In this document: positions 27,001 through 35,164 of the stretch, one piece after another
Layout: each line of letters starts with the position of its first letter
How positions within the stretch are numbered: position 1 is the stretch's first letter
Source of the DNA: Saprospiraceae bacterium
GTDB taxonomy: Bacteria; Bacteroidota; Bacteroidia; Chitinophagales; Saprospiraceae
NCBI GenBank assembly: GCA_046153695.1
Contig: JBJXEZ010000273.1
Coordinates: 411-64,410 of the forward strand
Direction: 5' to 3'
Length of the DNA stretch: 64,000 bases
The notes under the pieces: generated by a model
What the model was told of the DNA's origin: nothing
Databases searched by the model: none
What the model saw: only the letters and a program-made list of their open reading frames with translations
Program-made: the position numbers and the translations under genes

Positions 27001-28893
27001 GAGGCCGATCTGAACGGGCAGACAGATGCCACTTGTTTCGGCGCATCCGACGGCTCACTTAGCGTATCAGCCAGCGGCGGCACAGGTGCCTTCGGCTACC
27101 AGTGGAGCAGCGGTGCGAACACACCCATGGCCAGCAACCTGCCGGCTGGTACGTTCACCGTCGTTGTGACCGATGCCGCAGGCTGCTCAACGAGCATCAG
27201 CGGAACCATAGGCGAACCAACCTCGGTTGCACCCAACGCCTCCAGCACGGCACCGACCTTTTTCGGCGGCAGCGATGGTACTGCCTCGGCACAGCCCACG
27301 GGCGGAACGCCGCCGTATTCCTACGATTGGACGGGCGGCTCCACCAACCAGACCATCGCAGGTCTGCCGGCTGGCGATTACACAGTGACTGTCACCGATG
27401 CCAACGGCTGTACCGCCGTTCAAACTGTCAATGTATTCGGAGGCGCATGCAACCTGGCCGCTGGCACGGCGACGACCGACGTGGCGTGCCACGGCGATGC
27501 CACGGGCACAGCCACAGCCACGCCGCAGGGCGGCACCGCACCATTTGCCTACTTGTGGAGCACGGCTGCTACTGGCCAGACTGCGTCCGACCTGGCTGCG
27601 GGCACCTATCTGGTCGTTGTGACCGATGCCAACGGCTGCCAGTTTACGGCCTCGGCTACGGTGGGCCAGCCCGAATTGCTGAGCCTCGACCCGGTCGGAA
27701 CTACGGATGCCTCCTGCCCGAACACGCCCGACGGAACCGCAACCGTGCTGTCCACAGGCGGAACGGGCACGGTGTCCGTCTCGTGGAGCAACGGCGAGCA
27801 AGGCCCAAGCGCCATGGCTCTGCTCGCAGGCCAACACACCGCCACGGCCACCGATCAGAACGGCTGCGAAGCCGAATTGACTGTTACCATTTCGGCCAGT
27901 GACACTGAAGCTCCGGTTGTCTCCGGCGGCCCGGTTACCCTGCCTCTCGGCCCTGCCGGTGTGATCAGCCTGACGCTGCAAAACCTCGGCGCGACAGTTA
28001 CGGACAACTGCGAACTGGACGAGGAAGAGATCGTTCCGCCTAACTTCGACTGCATGCAATTAGGCACGCACACGGTGACCGTCACGGCATACGATGCGGC
28101 GGGCAACAGCAGCAGCCTGAGCATGCAGGTGACCATCATTGACAACCTCGCTCCCGAAGTGTCTTGCCCAACGAACATCCAACAGTGCGCCGACAACCGG
28201 ACGGTTCAATACCTTGCCCCGGTGGCGACGGACAATTGCCTGATGCTCGGCGGCAATTTTGATCTTGTGGAGGGCCTGCCCAGCGGCTCGCAGTTCCCGG
28301 TAGGCACTACCACCACGACCTACACGTTCACCGATAAAAGCGGTAACGTCGGCTCCTGCTCCTTCAACGTCACCATCCTCACCCCGATCACCGTCGGTTT
28401 GGATGAATTGGCTCACGATGTGGGCAGTAAGGGGATCGGGAAAATACTTGTGAGCCCCTCCGGTAGCCAGGGCATGTACACCTACGAGTGGAAGCGTGAT
28501 GGCCAGACAGTGGCCACTACCGAAGACTTGCTGGGTGTTGGCGCTGGCACGTACACACTGATTGTGACCGATGCGGCAGGCTGCACTACAGTAGCCGGCC
28601 CGTATGTGGTGGACGATCTGGTAGGCACCGACACGCCCGACTGGGCTGACCTGGTGGCCGTGTACCCGAACCCGACGACAGGCGTACTTTATGTGTCGCT
28701 GCCTGCGGACGTGCTGGGTTCCGACCTGCAGTTATTGGTGTACGATGTGACAGGCAGGTTGGTTGCAGAGCAGAAAGGGGCAGCCCGGAAACTGACCACA
28801 CTGGACTGGTCGGCTTTTGCCGACGGCCTGTATACGCTGCTGGTGCGCACCGAAAGCGGGCAGGCTGCCTACCAGGTGGCCCTTGGCCGATAG
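24085..28893 (+). CDS. Giant T9SS-secreted modular adhesin (CBM-like N-domain, 8 Ig/PKD-like modules, SprB repeats, HYR domains, C-terminal sorting domain)
   Basis: The signal peptide is MKKHSLLRSSLALFILLVFTTINTALGQ. Eight ~88-aa modules are anchored by [FLY]TY.WT...G.I.SG......P.VN..GTY.L.V.N..NGCT. Four SprB-type repeats follow (C.G..DG......GGT.P..Y.W........L.AG.Y.V.VTDA.GC). HYR-like domains are present (DNLAPEVSCPTNIQQC...TDNC...SGNVGSCSFNVTI). The tail is VAVYPNPTTGVLYVSL...LYTLLVRTESG. Confidence 0.9.
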   Translation: MKKHSLLRSSLALFILLVFTTINTALGQNLHFDKTKALPQAESSFSPCPFEAGAGPDRYFCNQDQVVLQLFGIVVKNNNDLFSSPNSFHWEGFTVPPNNATPSVTVHETTTFKFIVWSFDSLINLITNPTFEDGNVGFTSGLKHSPGDLTLSDRYDVLGKLPDANPAYPNCEDHTPDGFLMLATSSSKVDQVIWAQSIPVEPNTEYFFSGWATRLQFKGAIRYGINGTMLTRIPPGGCNWGYFGMTWNSGSNLIANLSIEQVGSVFSLNANAIDDLYFGPLCKSEDEMTVYMTEVEAIAEPAPSLHHCEDFEITLSGEGSSVGPDITYQWSTPDGNIVSGENTLHPVVNAPGTYTLVVTLNDPNFQNCTATATTVVLEAPSQLSAWITAPVNLNCAIKQITLNGGSTPGGNFTYQWTATNGGNIVAGANAKNAQVNASGTYTLLVTDNATGCTAEAERQVVADTILPKADANANAITCVRFDSDLNGLGSSKGTDFRHAWTTSDGNILSGQDSIIALAGTVGTYILKVTNIVNQCIRYDTVVVAYDNIPPVAEIAPPADVSCILPLVPLVATEDTSNTNLTYTWTTSPGGNIVSGENTPMPTVNAPGWYFLSIVNPKNGCTDTDSVLVDADTDAIIAIANAPNAITCTNTAVLLNANGSTNDPALTYIWTTADGNIVSGADSPTPMVNQPGTYQLWLSNPENGCTATDIALVGQNTEQPLVSVSAAPIFTCTNTQQFLQAQNASTSGTFTYQWTASNGGNFVGGQTTLQPEIDAPGTYTLLAANTENGCTASTEITVGEDVTAPDLGIAAPNPLTCVVSTVVLQGQNTAPAGTYTYQWTATNGGNITSGANTLQPEVNAAGTYTLVATNSANGCTDAAQIQVTSDGQAPTAGLSVAGNLDCNLTPVNLTGSSNIDPAMLNHTWTAPDGSTTSTGTNPMLPANQPGTYVLTLTNTQNGCTATAAATVAQNDPVEADLNGQTDATCFGASDGSLSVSASGGTGAFGYQWSSGANTPMASNLPAGTFTVVVTDAAGCSTSISGTIGEPTSVAPNASSTAPTFFGGSDGTASAQPTGGTPPYSYDWTGGSTNQTIAGLPAGDYTVTVTDANGCTAVQTVNVFGGACNLAAGTATTDVACHGDATGTATATPQGGTAPFAYLWSTAATGQTASDLAAGTYLVVVTDANGCQFTASATVGQPELLSLDPVGTTDASCPNTPDGTATVLSTGGTGTVSVSWSNGEQGPSAMALLAGQHTATATDQNGCEAELTVTISASDTEAPVVSGGPVTLPLGPAGVISLTLQNLGATVTDNCELDEEEIVPPNFDCMQLGTHTVTVTAYDAAGNSSSLSMQVTIIDNLAPEVSCPTNIQQCADNRTVQYLAPVATDNCLMLGGNFDLVEGLPSGSQFPVGTTTTTYTFTDKSGNVGSCSFNVTILTPITVGLDELAHDVGSKGIGKILVSPSGSQGMYTYEWKRDGQTVATTEDLLGVGAGTYTLIVTDAAGCTTVAGPYVVDDLVGTDTPDWADLVAVYPNPTTGVLYVSLPADVLGSDLQLLVYDVTGRLVAEQKGAARKLTTLDWSAFADGLYTLLVRTESGQAAYQVALGR
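24980..26990 (+). repeat. Eight tandem ~265-bp coding repeats within the adhesin gene
   Basis: There is DNA-level recurrence: acctaccagtggacggccaccaacggcggaaatatc occurs at about 25320 and 26588, and a variant occurs at about 26333. Confidence 0.75.
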
Positions 28894-28911
28894 AGGTTTT
28901 TTCCAATAAAA

Positions 28912-28950
28912 ATAGAGCCGCTCCGGATTCCGGGGCGGCTCTATTTGTTT
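28912..28950 (+). terminator. Rho-independent terminator after the adhesin gene
   Basis: atagagccgctccgg att ccggggcggctctat forms a 15-bp stem with one mismatch, followed by ttgtttg. Confidence 0.7.
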
Positions 28951-28990
28951 GTCCGATACGGGCGAAGTATTCGCTCGGAGAGGACACAAA

Positions 28991-29116
28991 AATAAGTAGC
29001 ACAGAGGCTCACAGAGTTTGAGAGGGCACAGAGAAATAACTGTGCTGCTTCACCTTGGCTCTAAACACATTTACTCTTTATCCGCTCTAACTCTGTGAGC
29101 CTCTGTGCAACTTATT
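28991..29116. repeat. Inverted-repeat element rich in CACAGAG motifs (REP/MITE-like, family C)
   Basis: aataagtagcacagaggctcacagagtt (28991-29018) pairs with aactctgtgagcctctgtgcaacttatt (29089-29116) in a 28-bp IR with one mismatch and a 70-bp spacer. CACAGAG occurs three times in the left half. Confidence 0.7.
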
Positions 29117-29129
29117 TCAAGGGCATTGC

Positions 29130-30185
29130 TTACCGAAAAACGACCTCGGTAGCACCGTACCCGTACTTGGCGTGGAACTCGTTTTTGAACCGGTGTACAT
29201 GCGGATTTCGGCGGAGCACGTCGGCTATCGTTTCCCGAAGTTTTCCTTCGCCCACTCCGTGAATGACAAAAATGCGGGGCACGCCCAAACGAACTGCTTT
29301 TTCCAAAAAACGTTGGAAATGCTGCATCTGGATGCGCACGATCTCAGACTTGTCGAGACGGGCAAAACCGTTGGTCAGGTTTTCGATGTGCAGGTCAATC
29401 TCTGGTTCGAACTGGGCGAATTCTTCCACATCGAAAGCGCGAAACAACACCGCATTGTCGGAGTTAGCCGCTCGTTTTTCCCGAAGTGCTTGTTTGGTAT
29501 AGTCACGCAGCTCCGACCCGCTTTTATCGCCGGTTGGCTGTTCAAAGGAATCGAACAGTAAAAACTGGTGTGTCAGTACGTTCAGGATGGACGTGCTTTG
29601 CAGGTTGTTGAAAAATTGCTTGGGGCGAATTTTTATCTGACGAACAAGCGGCGCTTCCACACCATCGGTGGCGATGCGTCGGATTTCAATGTCCACCTCG
29701 GCGTGGTCGCTCAGGTCGTCGTACAACATGTCGTCCAGTTCGAACACAGTAGTTGCGGCCAGTTTGCCTTCAATCAGGAACACACTGCGGTTGTCGGTGA
29801 ACAGTTCAATGTCGAACAGAAACTCCTCCGAAGTTTCGTTGAGCAGCCAGGCTTTGTAGCGCGACACGGTATCGTCACGGCCTGGCATAGGCTCAAAAGC
29901 GAGTACAATTCCCCTCGGGTTAGCCACAGGTCGCGGCCCTTTGATTTCCCGCCGGGGCAACGGTGCCGGTGCGGGGTCTTTTTTCGTGCCAACCACGAAT
30001 TGTGCACCGGCCATTACGGGTTCGGCACCTGTGTCGCGCACTAAATCCTCTTCAAACGCCGGGATCTCCATGCTGGGGTCACTTACTAGCCGTACTTGCA
30101 GCATATCGCCACCGAGCTGTGCCGTAATGACGCCGCGTTCACCCGTAAACCGGAAAACAACCTTGGTACCTATTGCAAATAACAT
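29130..30185 (-). CDS. Smr-domain protein (DUF2027-like N-terminus plus C-terminal Smr nuclease domain)
   Basis: The C-terminus EIDLHIENL...VPRIFVIHGVGEGKLRETIADVLRRNPHV...YGYGATEVVF matches the Smr signature (HG.G.G.L). Confidence 0.75.
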   Translation of the reverse strand: MLFAIGTKVVFRFTGERGVITAQLGGDMLQVRLVSDPSMEIPAFEEDLVRDTGAEPVMAGAQFVVGTKKDPAPAPLPRREIKGPRPVANPRGIVLAFEPMPGRDDTVSRYKAWLLNETSEEFLFDIELFTDNRSVFLIEGKLAATTVFELDDMLYDDLSDHAEVDIEIRRIATDGVEAPLVRQIKIRPKQFFNNLQSTSILNVLTHQFLLFDSFEQPTGDKSGSELRDYTKQALREKRAANSDNAVLFRAFDVEEFAQFEPEIDLHIENLTNGFARLDKSEIVRIQMQHFQRFLEKAVRLGVPRIFVIHGVGEGKLRETIADVLRRNPHVHRFKNEFHAKYGYGATEVVFR

Positions 30186-30369
30186 GTTAGTAGTGCGGCG
30201 CTGGGTTCGCCGCCGGATCGTAAAAGTACGGGTGTAACCTAAATTTTGATAATTGGTTTAAGTGCCGAGGCAGTAGTAAAGATAATTGATACCCGATCTC
30301 TCGAAGCATACGTCGTTATTTATTTCAAGCGTAGCGCTGAGGAACGTGCGAAAAATGGCATCTCTTCGC

Positions 30370-30377
30370 TACGTTTG
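30370..30377 (+). promoter_or_regulatory. -7 promoter box (TAnnTTTG) upstream of the LD-carboxypeptidase gene
   Basis: tacgtttg lies 26 nt upstream of the ATG at 30403. Confidence 0.4.
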
Positions 30378-30402
30378 CATCCTGCTACACGCACCTAACA
30401 CT

Positions 30403-31449
30403 ATGTTCCGTCGCCGTTTTATTCAACAAACAGGCTTTTCCCTGATCGCTTCCACACTTATCACACCCCAGGCCAGGGCTGAATCACCTGCTCTTGTGCC
30501 GCTCGACCGCCTCAAGCCGTCGCGCCTGCTTCCTGGCGGTACGGTTGGATTAATCGCGCCGGCAAGCCCGGTTTCCGACGAAAAAATAGCCAAGGCCTTG
30601 GCGAATCTGGCTGCCCTTGGGTATCAGGTACGCGAAGGGTCTGCCTTGCGGAACCGTCACGGCCATCTTGCGGGCAACGATGCTGCCCGGCTGGCAGATT
30701 TGCATTGGGCGTTTTCCGACCCTGAGGTGGACGCTGTTTGGTGTGTGCGCGGTGGTTACGGCTGCACACGCCTGTTGCCGATGCTGGACTACGACCTGAT
30801 TCGTCGTAACCCCAAACCGCTCCTAGGATACAGCGACGTGACGGCACTCCATTTGGCCATTGGCCAAAAAACCGGCCTGGTCACGTTTCACGGCCCGGTG
30901 GCTGCCGCCGATTTTCCCGAAAACACGCTCCAGCATTTCCGCGCAGCGGTAACCGACCCCCAAGCGGGCTACCTGATTCAAGCCCCGGGCCCGGACACTG
31001 TGCTGCCCGACGAAGCCTATCGCCCGTACACCATTGCGCCGGGCAAGGCACAGGGCCAACTCACGGGCGGAAATCTATCCTTGCTAACTGCCCTTGCGGG
31101 TACGCCGTTTGCACCGACTTTTGCCCAAAAAATCGTGTTTATCGAAGATGTGGGCGAGCAGCCTTACCGCATTGACCGGATGTTGACCCAGCTGCTCCAT
31201 GCCACCGATTTACGGCAGGCTGCGGGCATCGCACTCGGCGTTTTTGCGGAATGCACAGCCAAAAACACCGATTTTTCTTTGACCCTGCCCGAAACCCTGG
31301 TTGATCTGTTGGGGAACCTTGGCTTGCCCGTGGCGTATGGCCTGCCCTTTGGTCACGTCCCCCACCAGGCTACTTTCCCATACCTGACGGAAGCTGCTTT
31401 CGATGCCGACAATCGTACGCTCACCCTGCTCGAAACAGGAGTAAAATAA
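30403..31449 (+). CDS. LD-carboxypeptidase (peptidase S66 family), exported (Tat-like signal)
   Basis: MFRRRFIQQTGFSLIASTLITPQARA is a twin-Arg leader. The nucleophile motif is LLGYSDVTALH and a C-terminal LPFGH motif is present. Confidence 0.8.
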   Translation: MFRRRFIQQTGFSLIASTLITPQARAESPALVPLDRLKPSRLLPGGTVGLIAPASPVSDEKIAKALANLAALGYQVREGSALRNRHGHLAGNDAARLADLHWAFSDPEVDAVWCVRGGYGCTRLLPMLDYDLIRRNPKPLLGYSDVTALHLAIGQKTGLVTFHGPVAAADFPENTLQHFRAAVTDPQAGYLIQAPGPDTVLPDEAYRPYTIAPGKAQGQLTGGNLSLLTALAGTPFAPTFAQKIVFIEDVGEQPYRIDRMLTQLLHATDLRQAAGIALGVFAECTAKNTDFSLTLPETLVDLLGNLGLPVAYGLPFGHVPHQATFPYLTEAAFDADNRTLTLLETGVK

Positions 31450-31453
31450 CCCA

Positions 31454-32692
31454 TTGCCGTTGCAAACCTATTCCCTCCTCGACTTGCAGGCGTATATCCG
31501 CCAGGTTTTGGCCCTGAATTTTCAGGAAAACCTCTGGATTACTGCCGAGATAACACAGGCCAGCCACGCCCGCGGGCACCTGTTTCTCGACCTCGTGCAA
31601 AAAGGCCCGGAGCCCGACAGCCCGGTGGCGGCACAAGCGCAAGCCGTTTTGTGGCAACGGGAGCACCAGCGTTTGCGGCTGTCCGTCGGGCCGGTGCTGG
31701 ATGAGGTGCTTCGGGAAGGCCGCGAGGTACGCCTTTGCGTTCGGGTTGACTACCACGAAAGGCACGGCATTCGCCTGGTCGTGGCAGATGCCGACCCGGC
31801 TCACACGTTTGGCCGCATCGAGCTCCAGCGCCGCCAAACCATTGAGTCGCTGCGTCTGGTTGGCCTGTTGGAGCGCAACCGCGCCCTGCCGTTGCCGTCG
31901 GTGCTGCAGCGCGTTGCGGTAATTACGTCGGAGGGGGCTGCTGGATTTCAGGACTTCCGGGAGCACTTGACTCAGAATCCGTTCGGGTACAGGTTTCACT
32001 GCCGACTTTTTGCCACTGCTGTTCAGGGGGCGAACCTGGAAACGGAAATGATCGCCGCGCTCGATGCTGTGGCTGCCCAACGGGATCAATTTGACTGTGC
32101 AGTGGTGCTGCGCGGCGGCGGTGCCCGACTCGACCTCGGCGGCTTTGATTCCCTGGCCCTTTGCAAAACTGCCGCTGCCCTGCCATTGCCATTGCTGACG
32201 GGAATCGGACACGATTCGGACGAGACAGTGCTGGACTTGGTGGCGCATGTCGCTCTGAAAACGCCAACAGCCGTTGCGGACTACCTAGCTCAGCACAATC
32301 TTGTTTTTGAAAATAAAATCATGCGCCTTGCCGAGGCGATGCAGGCATCGGCATGGCGGTGCCTGAAAACGGAGGCTATTCATCTGGCCAACCTGGAATC
32401 GGCTGTCCGTTGGGCTGCCATTTCACGCGTACGATCGGGTCGTCAAGCGGTAGAAAACATGGCTACGCTTTTGCCCACGCTAACCACCAGGTGTATTCGC
32501 CAAGCCGCCGACCGGTTGCAGAGCGCCTCAGCCTTTTGCGCCGCCCTGCACCCGGATGCTGCGTTGCGTCGGGGTTTCAGCCTGACGCTGCACGGTGGTA
32601 AGCCGCTCACCGATGCCAGTGCAGTGGAGCCGGGCGATGTGCTGGAAACGCGGTTGCGGAAGGGGACTGTGGTGTCGCGGGTTAGCGAATAG
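31454..32692 (+). CDS. xseA: Exodeoxyribonuclease VII large subunit
   Basis: It has an OB-fold N-terminus (LWITAEITQASHARGHLFLDL) and the motifs VAVITSEGAAGFQDF, RGGGARLDL and TGIGHDSDETVLD. The only in-frame start after the upstream stop is TTG at 31454. Confidence 0.88.
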   Translation: MPLQTYSLLDLQAYIRQVLALNFQENLWITAEITQASHARGHLFLDLVQKGPEPDSPVAAQAQAVLWQREHQRLRLSVGPVLDEVLREGREVRLCVRVDYHERHGIRLVVADADPAHTFGRIELQRRQTIESLRLVGLLERNRALPLPSVLQRVAVITSEGAAGFQDFREHLTQNPFGYRFHCRLFATAVQGANLETEMIAALDAVAAQRDQFDCAVVLRGGGARLDLGGFDSLALCKTAAALPLPLLTGIGHDSDETVLDLVAHVALKTPTAVADYLAQHNLVFENKIMRLAEAMQASAWRCLKTEAIHLANLESAVRWAAISRVRSGRQAVENMATLLPTLTTRCIRQAADRLQSASAFCAALHPDAALRRGFSLTLHGGKPLTDASAVEPGDVLETRLRKGTVVSRVSE

Positions 32693-32897
32693 TGAGCGGT
32701 TTCGTGTGGTGCCAACCGGGCCAGCGCCTCGAGGATACCGGCAATTTCGGCATCGTACCTGGTTTTTATCCCGGTGTTCTCTGTGCTATTATTGCGCTCA
32801 ATGATTTGACACAGTTTCCTGAGCACTCCCTCAATTTTTGTCGCCCCGCTCCTGGGTAATCAATTGTAACGCAGTCACAACACATTTTTGAAATCAT

Positions 32898-33293
32898 ATG
32901 CAACTCGACATTCAAACGCCCGCCCTGCTTTTTCCGGCTATTTCGCTGCTCATGCTGGCATACACGAACAAGTTTTTGGCCATTGCCAACCTGATTCGAA
33001 AACTGTACTCCGACTACGAAAAGAAGCAACATATCAGCCTCATCGCCCAAATCTCCAACCTGCGCCGCCGGCTCATGCTCATCCGCTGGATGCAAGTGGG
33101 CGCGGTGGCCAGCATCCTGTTTTGTGTGGTCACCATGTTTCTTATCTACGAGGGCTACCAGGGCTGGGCCAAGGTGCTGTTTGCCTTCAGCCTGCTGCTG
33201 ATGATCGCCTCGTTGGTGATCAGTATTGTGGAGTTGTTCCTTTCGGCTGGAGCGCTCCGGTTGTTGCTGCGCGATTTGGAAGAAAAAATGTAG
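32898..33293 (+). CDS. DUF2721 family membrane protein
   Basis: The 131-aa protein has three hydrophobic segments. The N-terminus LLFPAISLLMLAYTNKFLAIANLIR and the central LRRRLMLIRWMQ are typical of DUF2721. Confidence 0.65.
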   Translation: MQLDIQTPALLFPAISLLMLAYTNKFLAIANLIRKLYSDYEKKQHISLIAQISNLRRRLMLIRWMQVGAVASILFCVVTMFLIYEGYQGWAKVLFAFSLLLMIASLVISIVELFLSAGALRLLLRDLEEKM

Positions 33294-33401
33294 GCCGTGT
33301 TTTGTTTGCCAAAACGATTATCGCCGTACCTTCGCGGCACAAATCTGATCACAGTAATGCGAGAGGGAACCAATGGTTCCCTTTTTGTTTGCCCCTGCAA
33401 C

Positions 33402-33881
33402 ATGGAATTGACCGAACGCATAGCACAACTTTTGGAAGAAAAATACGCAACGGAAGAAACCCTTGCTGACTGCTTCACAGTGGATATCGAACTCCATACC
33501 GGAAACAAACTGTATGTTTTTGTGGATAGTGACTCTGGCATTGACTTCGACAAGTGTAAAAAACTCAGCCGCCACCTCGAAAGTCATCTCGATGTCAACG
33601 TTTGGGCAGGCACCAAGTATGTGCTGGAGGTCAGCAGCCCCGGATTGGGCCGACCGCTGCGTTTCCTGCGCCAGTACCACAAAAACGTGGGCCGTACAGT
33701 GGTCGTAACCCTGCTTGACGACACCCGTGAGCGCGGAACCCTGAAATCGGCAAACGAAACAGCGGTGCTCATCCAGCAAACCGTCGTAGAAAAAGAAGGC
33801 AAAAAGAAAAAAGAAGTGCTCGTGGAACGAGCAATCCCATTCGATCAAATCAAATCAACCGTGGTAAAAGCCGCTTTTTAA
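33402..33881 (+). CDS. rimP: Ribosome maturation factor RimP
   Basis: MELTERIAQLLEE...FTVDIEL....KLYVFVDSD.GIDFDKCKKLSRHLE....YVLEVSSPGLGRPL. It lies immediately upstream of nusA. Confidence 0.85.
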   Translation: MELTERIAQLLEEKYATEETLADCFTVDIELHTGNKLYVFVDSDSGIDFDKCKKLSRHLESHLDVNVWAGTKYVLEVSSPGLGRPLRFLRQYHKNVGRTVVVTLLDDTRERGTLKSANETAVLIQQTVVEKEGKKKKEVLVERAIPFDQIKSTVVKAAF

Positions 33882-33909
33882 ATCAACTCAATCCTTAAAA
33901 CTGTACAAT

Positions 33910-35154
33910 ATGGTCAACTTAGTTGATGTATTCTCCGAGTTCAAGACCGGAAAAAACATAGACCGCCCTACCATGGTGCGCGTGCTGGAAGACGTGTTCC
34001 GCACCCTCATCAAAAAGAAATACATCACCGACGAAAACTTCGACGTGATCGTCAATACCACCACGGGTGACCTTGAAATCTGGCGCGTTCGTGAAGTGGT
34101 ACAGGATGGTGAGGTCACCGACGAAAATGCTCAAATCAGTGAGTCCGAAGCCCGGCTTGTGGACGAGAGCCTTGCAGTGGGCGAGGAGTGCTACGAGCAA
34201 TTGGTCATTGACGACTTTGGCCGCAGGGCCATTATGGCCGCCCGCCAAACCCTCGTGTCGCGTATCATGGAACTCGAAAAAGACGAGATATTCCGCAAAT
34301 ACACCGAAACCGTTGGCGATGTGATTACTGGCGAGGTTAACCAGATTATGAAAAAAGAAATGCTCGTGCTGGACGATGCCACCGGCAATGAGCTCGTGCT
34401 GCCCCGCACCGAGATGATCAAAGGCGATTACTACCGCAAAGGCGATATGGTGCGTGCCATCATCAAAAAGGTGGAAATGCGCAACAATACCCCATTCATC
34501 ATGATCAGCCGTACTGATCCGAGTTTCCTGCAAAAACTCATGGAGGCCGAAGTGCCCGAAATCGAGGACGGTATCATCGAGATCAAAAACATCGTGCGCT
34601 TGCCTGGTGAACGCGCCAAAGTGGCTGTGGAAAGCCACGACGACCGCGTGGACCCTGTGGGTGCCTGCGTGGGTATGAAGGGAAGCCGCATCCACGGCAT
34701 CGTGCGCGAACTGCGCAATGAAAATATTGATATCATCAATTACACCACCAACGTCTCGCTGTTCATCCAGCGCAGCCTGACACCCGCCAAAATCACGACC
34801 ATCGAACTCGACCACGAGCACAAACGCGCAGCCGTTTATCTCGATGCCGATCAGGTAAGTCTCGCCATCGGCAAGAGCGGTTCTAACATCAAACTGGCCA
34901 CGAAACTCACCGGTTTTGAAATAGACGTGTACCGCAACAACCAACAGGAACTCGAAATTGACGACGTGGACCTCGAGGAATTCAGCGACGAGATCGAACC
35001 CTGGGTGATCGAAGCCTTCAAAAACATCGGTTGCGACACGGCACGCCAAGTGCTTGAATTGAGCGCAGAGGAACTCCTGCGCCGTACCGATTTGGAAGAA
35101 GAAACGGTGAAGGAAGTGTTGAGCATACTCGCCCGCGAGTTCGACACCGAATAG
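33910..35154 (+). CDS. nusA: Transcription termination/antitermination factor NusA
   Basis: It has the N-terminal domain, the S1 domain (ITGEVNQIMKKEMLVLD) and KH domains (DPVGACVGMKGSRIHGIVREL; AIGKSGSNIKLATKLTGFEIDV). 414 aa. Confidence 0.95.
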   Translation: MVNLVDVFSEFKTGKNIDRPTMVRVLEDVFRTLIKKKYITDENFDVIVNTTTGDLEIWRVREVVQDGEVTDENAQISESEARLVDESLAVGEECYEQLVIDDFGRRAIMAARQTLVSRIMELEKDEIFRKYTETVGDVITGEVNQIMKKEMLVLDDATGNELVLPRTEMIKGDYYRKGDMVRAIIKKVEMRNNTPFIMISRTDPSFLQKLMEAEVPEIEDGIIEIKNIVRLPGERAKVAVESHDDRVDPVGACVGMKGSRIHGIVRELRNENIDIINYTTNVSLFIQRSLTPAKITTIELDHEHKRAAVYLDADQVSLAIGKSGSNIKLATKLTGFEIDVYRNNQQELEIDDVDLEEFSDEIEPWVIEAFKNIGCDTARQVLELSAEELLRRTDLEEETVKEVLSILAREFDTE

Positions 35155-35164
35155 GCATCCGCCC

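Noticed and set aside
30236-30300. A possible third copy of repeat family A (gtttaagtgccgaggc resembles gtttaaatttcagtgccgaggc).
   Set aside because: Only about 16 nt are similar, no matching right arm or gcttgcagcc loop is present, and the similarity is within chance expectation.
32693-32897. A missing xseB after xseA. I checked the 205-bp spacer and the minus-strand ORF 32443-32826 (…LRKLCQIIERNNSTENTGIKTRYDAEIAGILEAL…).
   Set aside because: No plus-strand ORF of xseB size or character exists here. The minus-strand ORF overlaps the xseA 3' end and has no recognisable family, and xseB is often encoded elsewhere. I have no evidence for a gene in this spacer.
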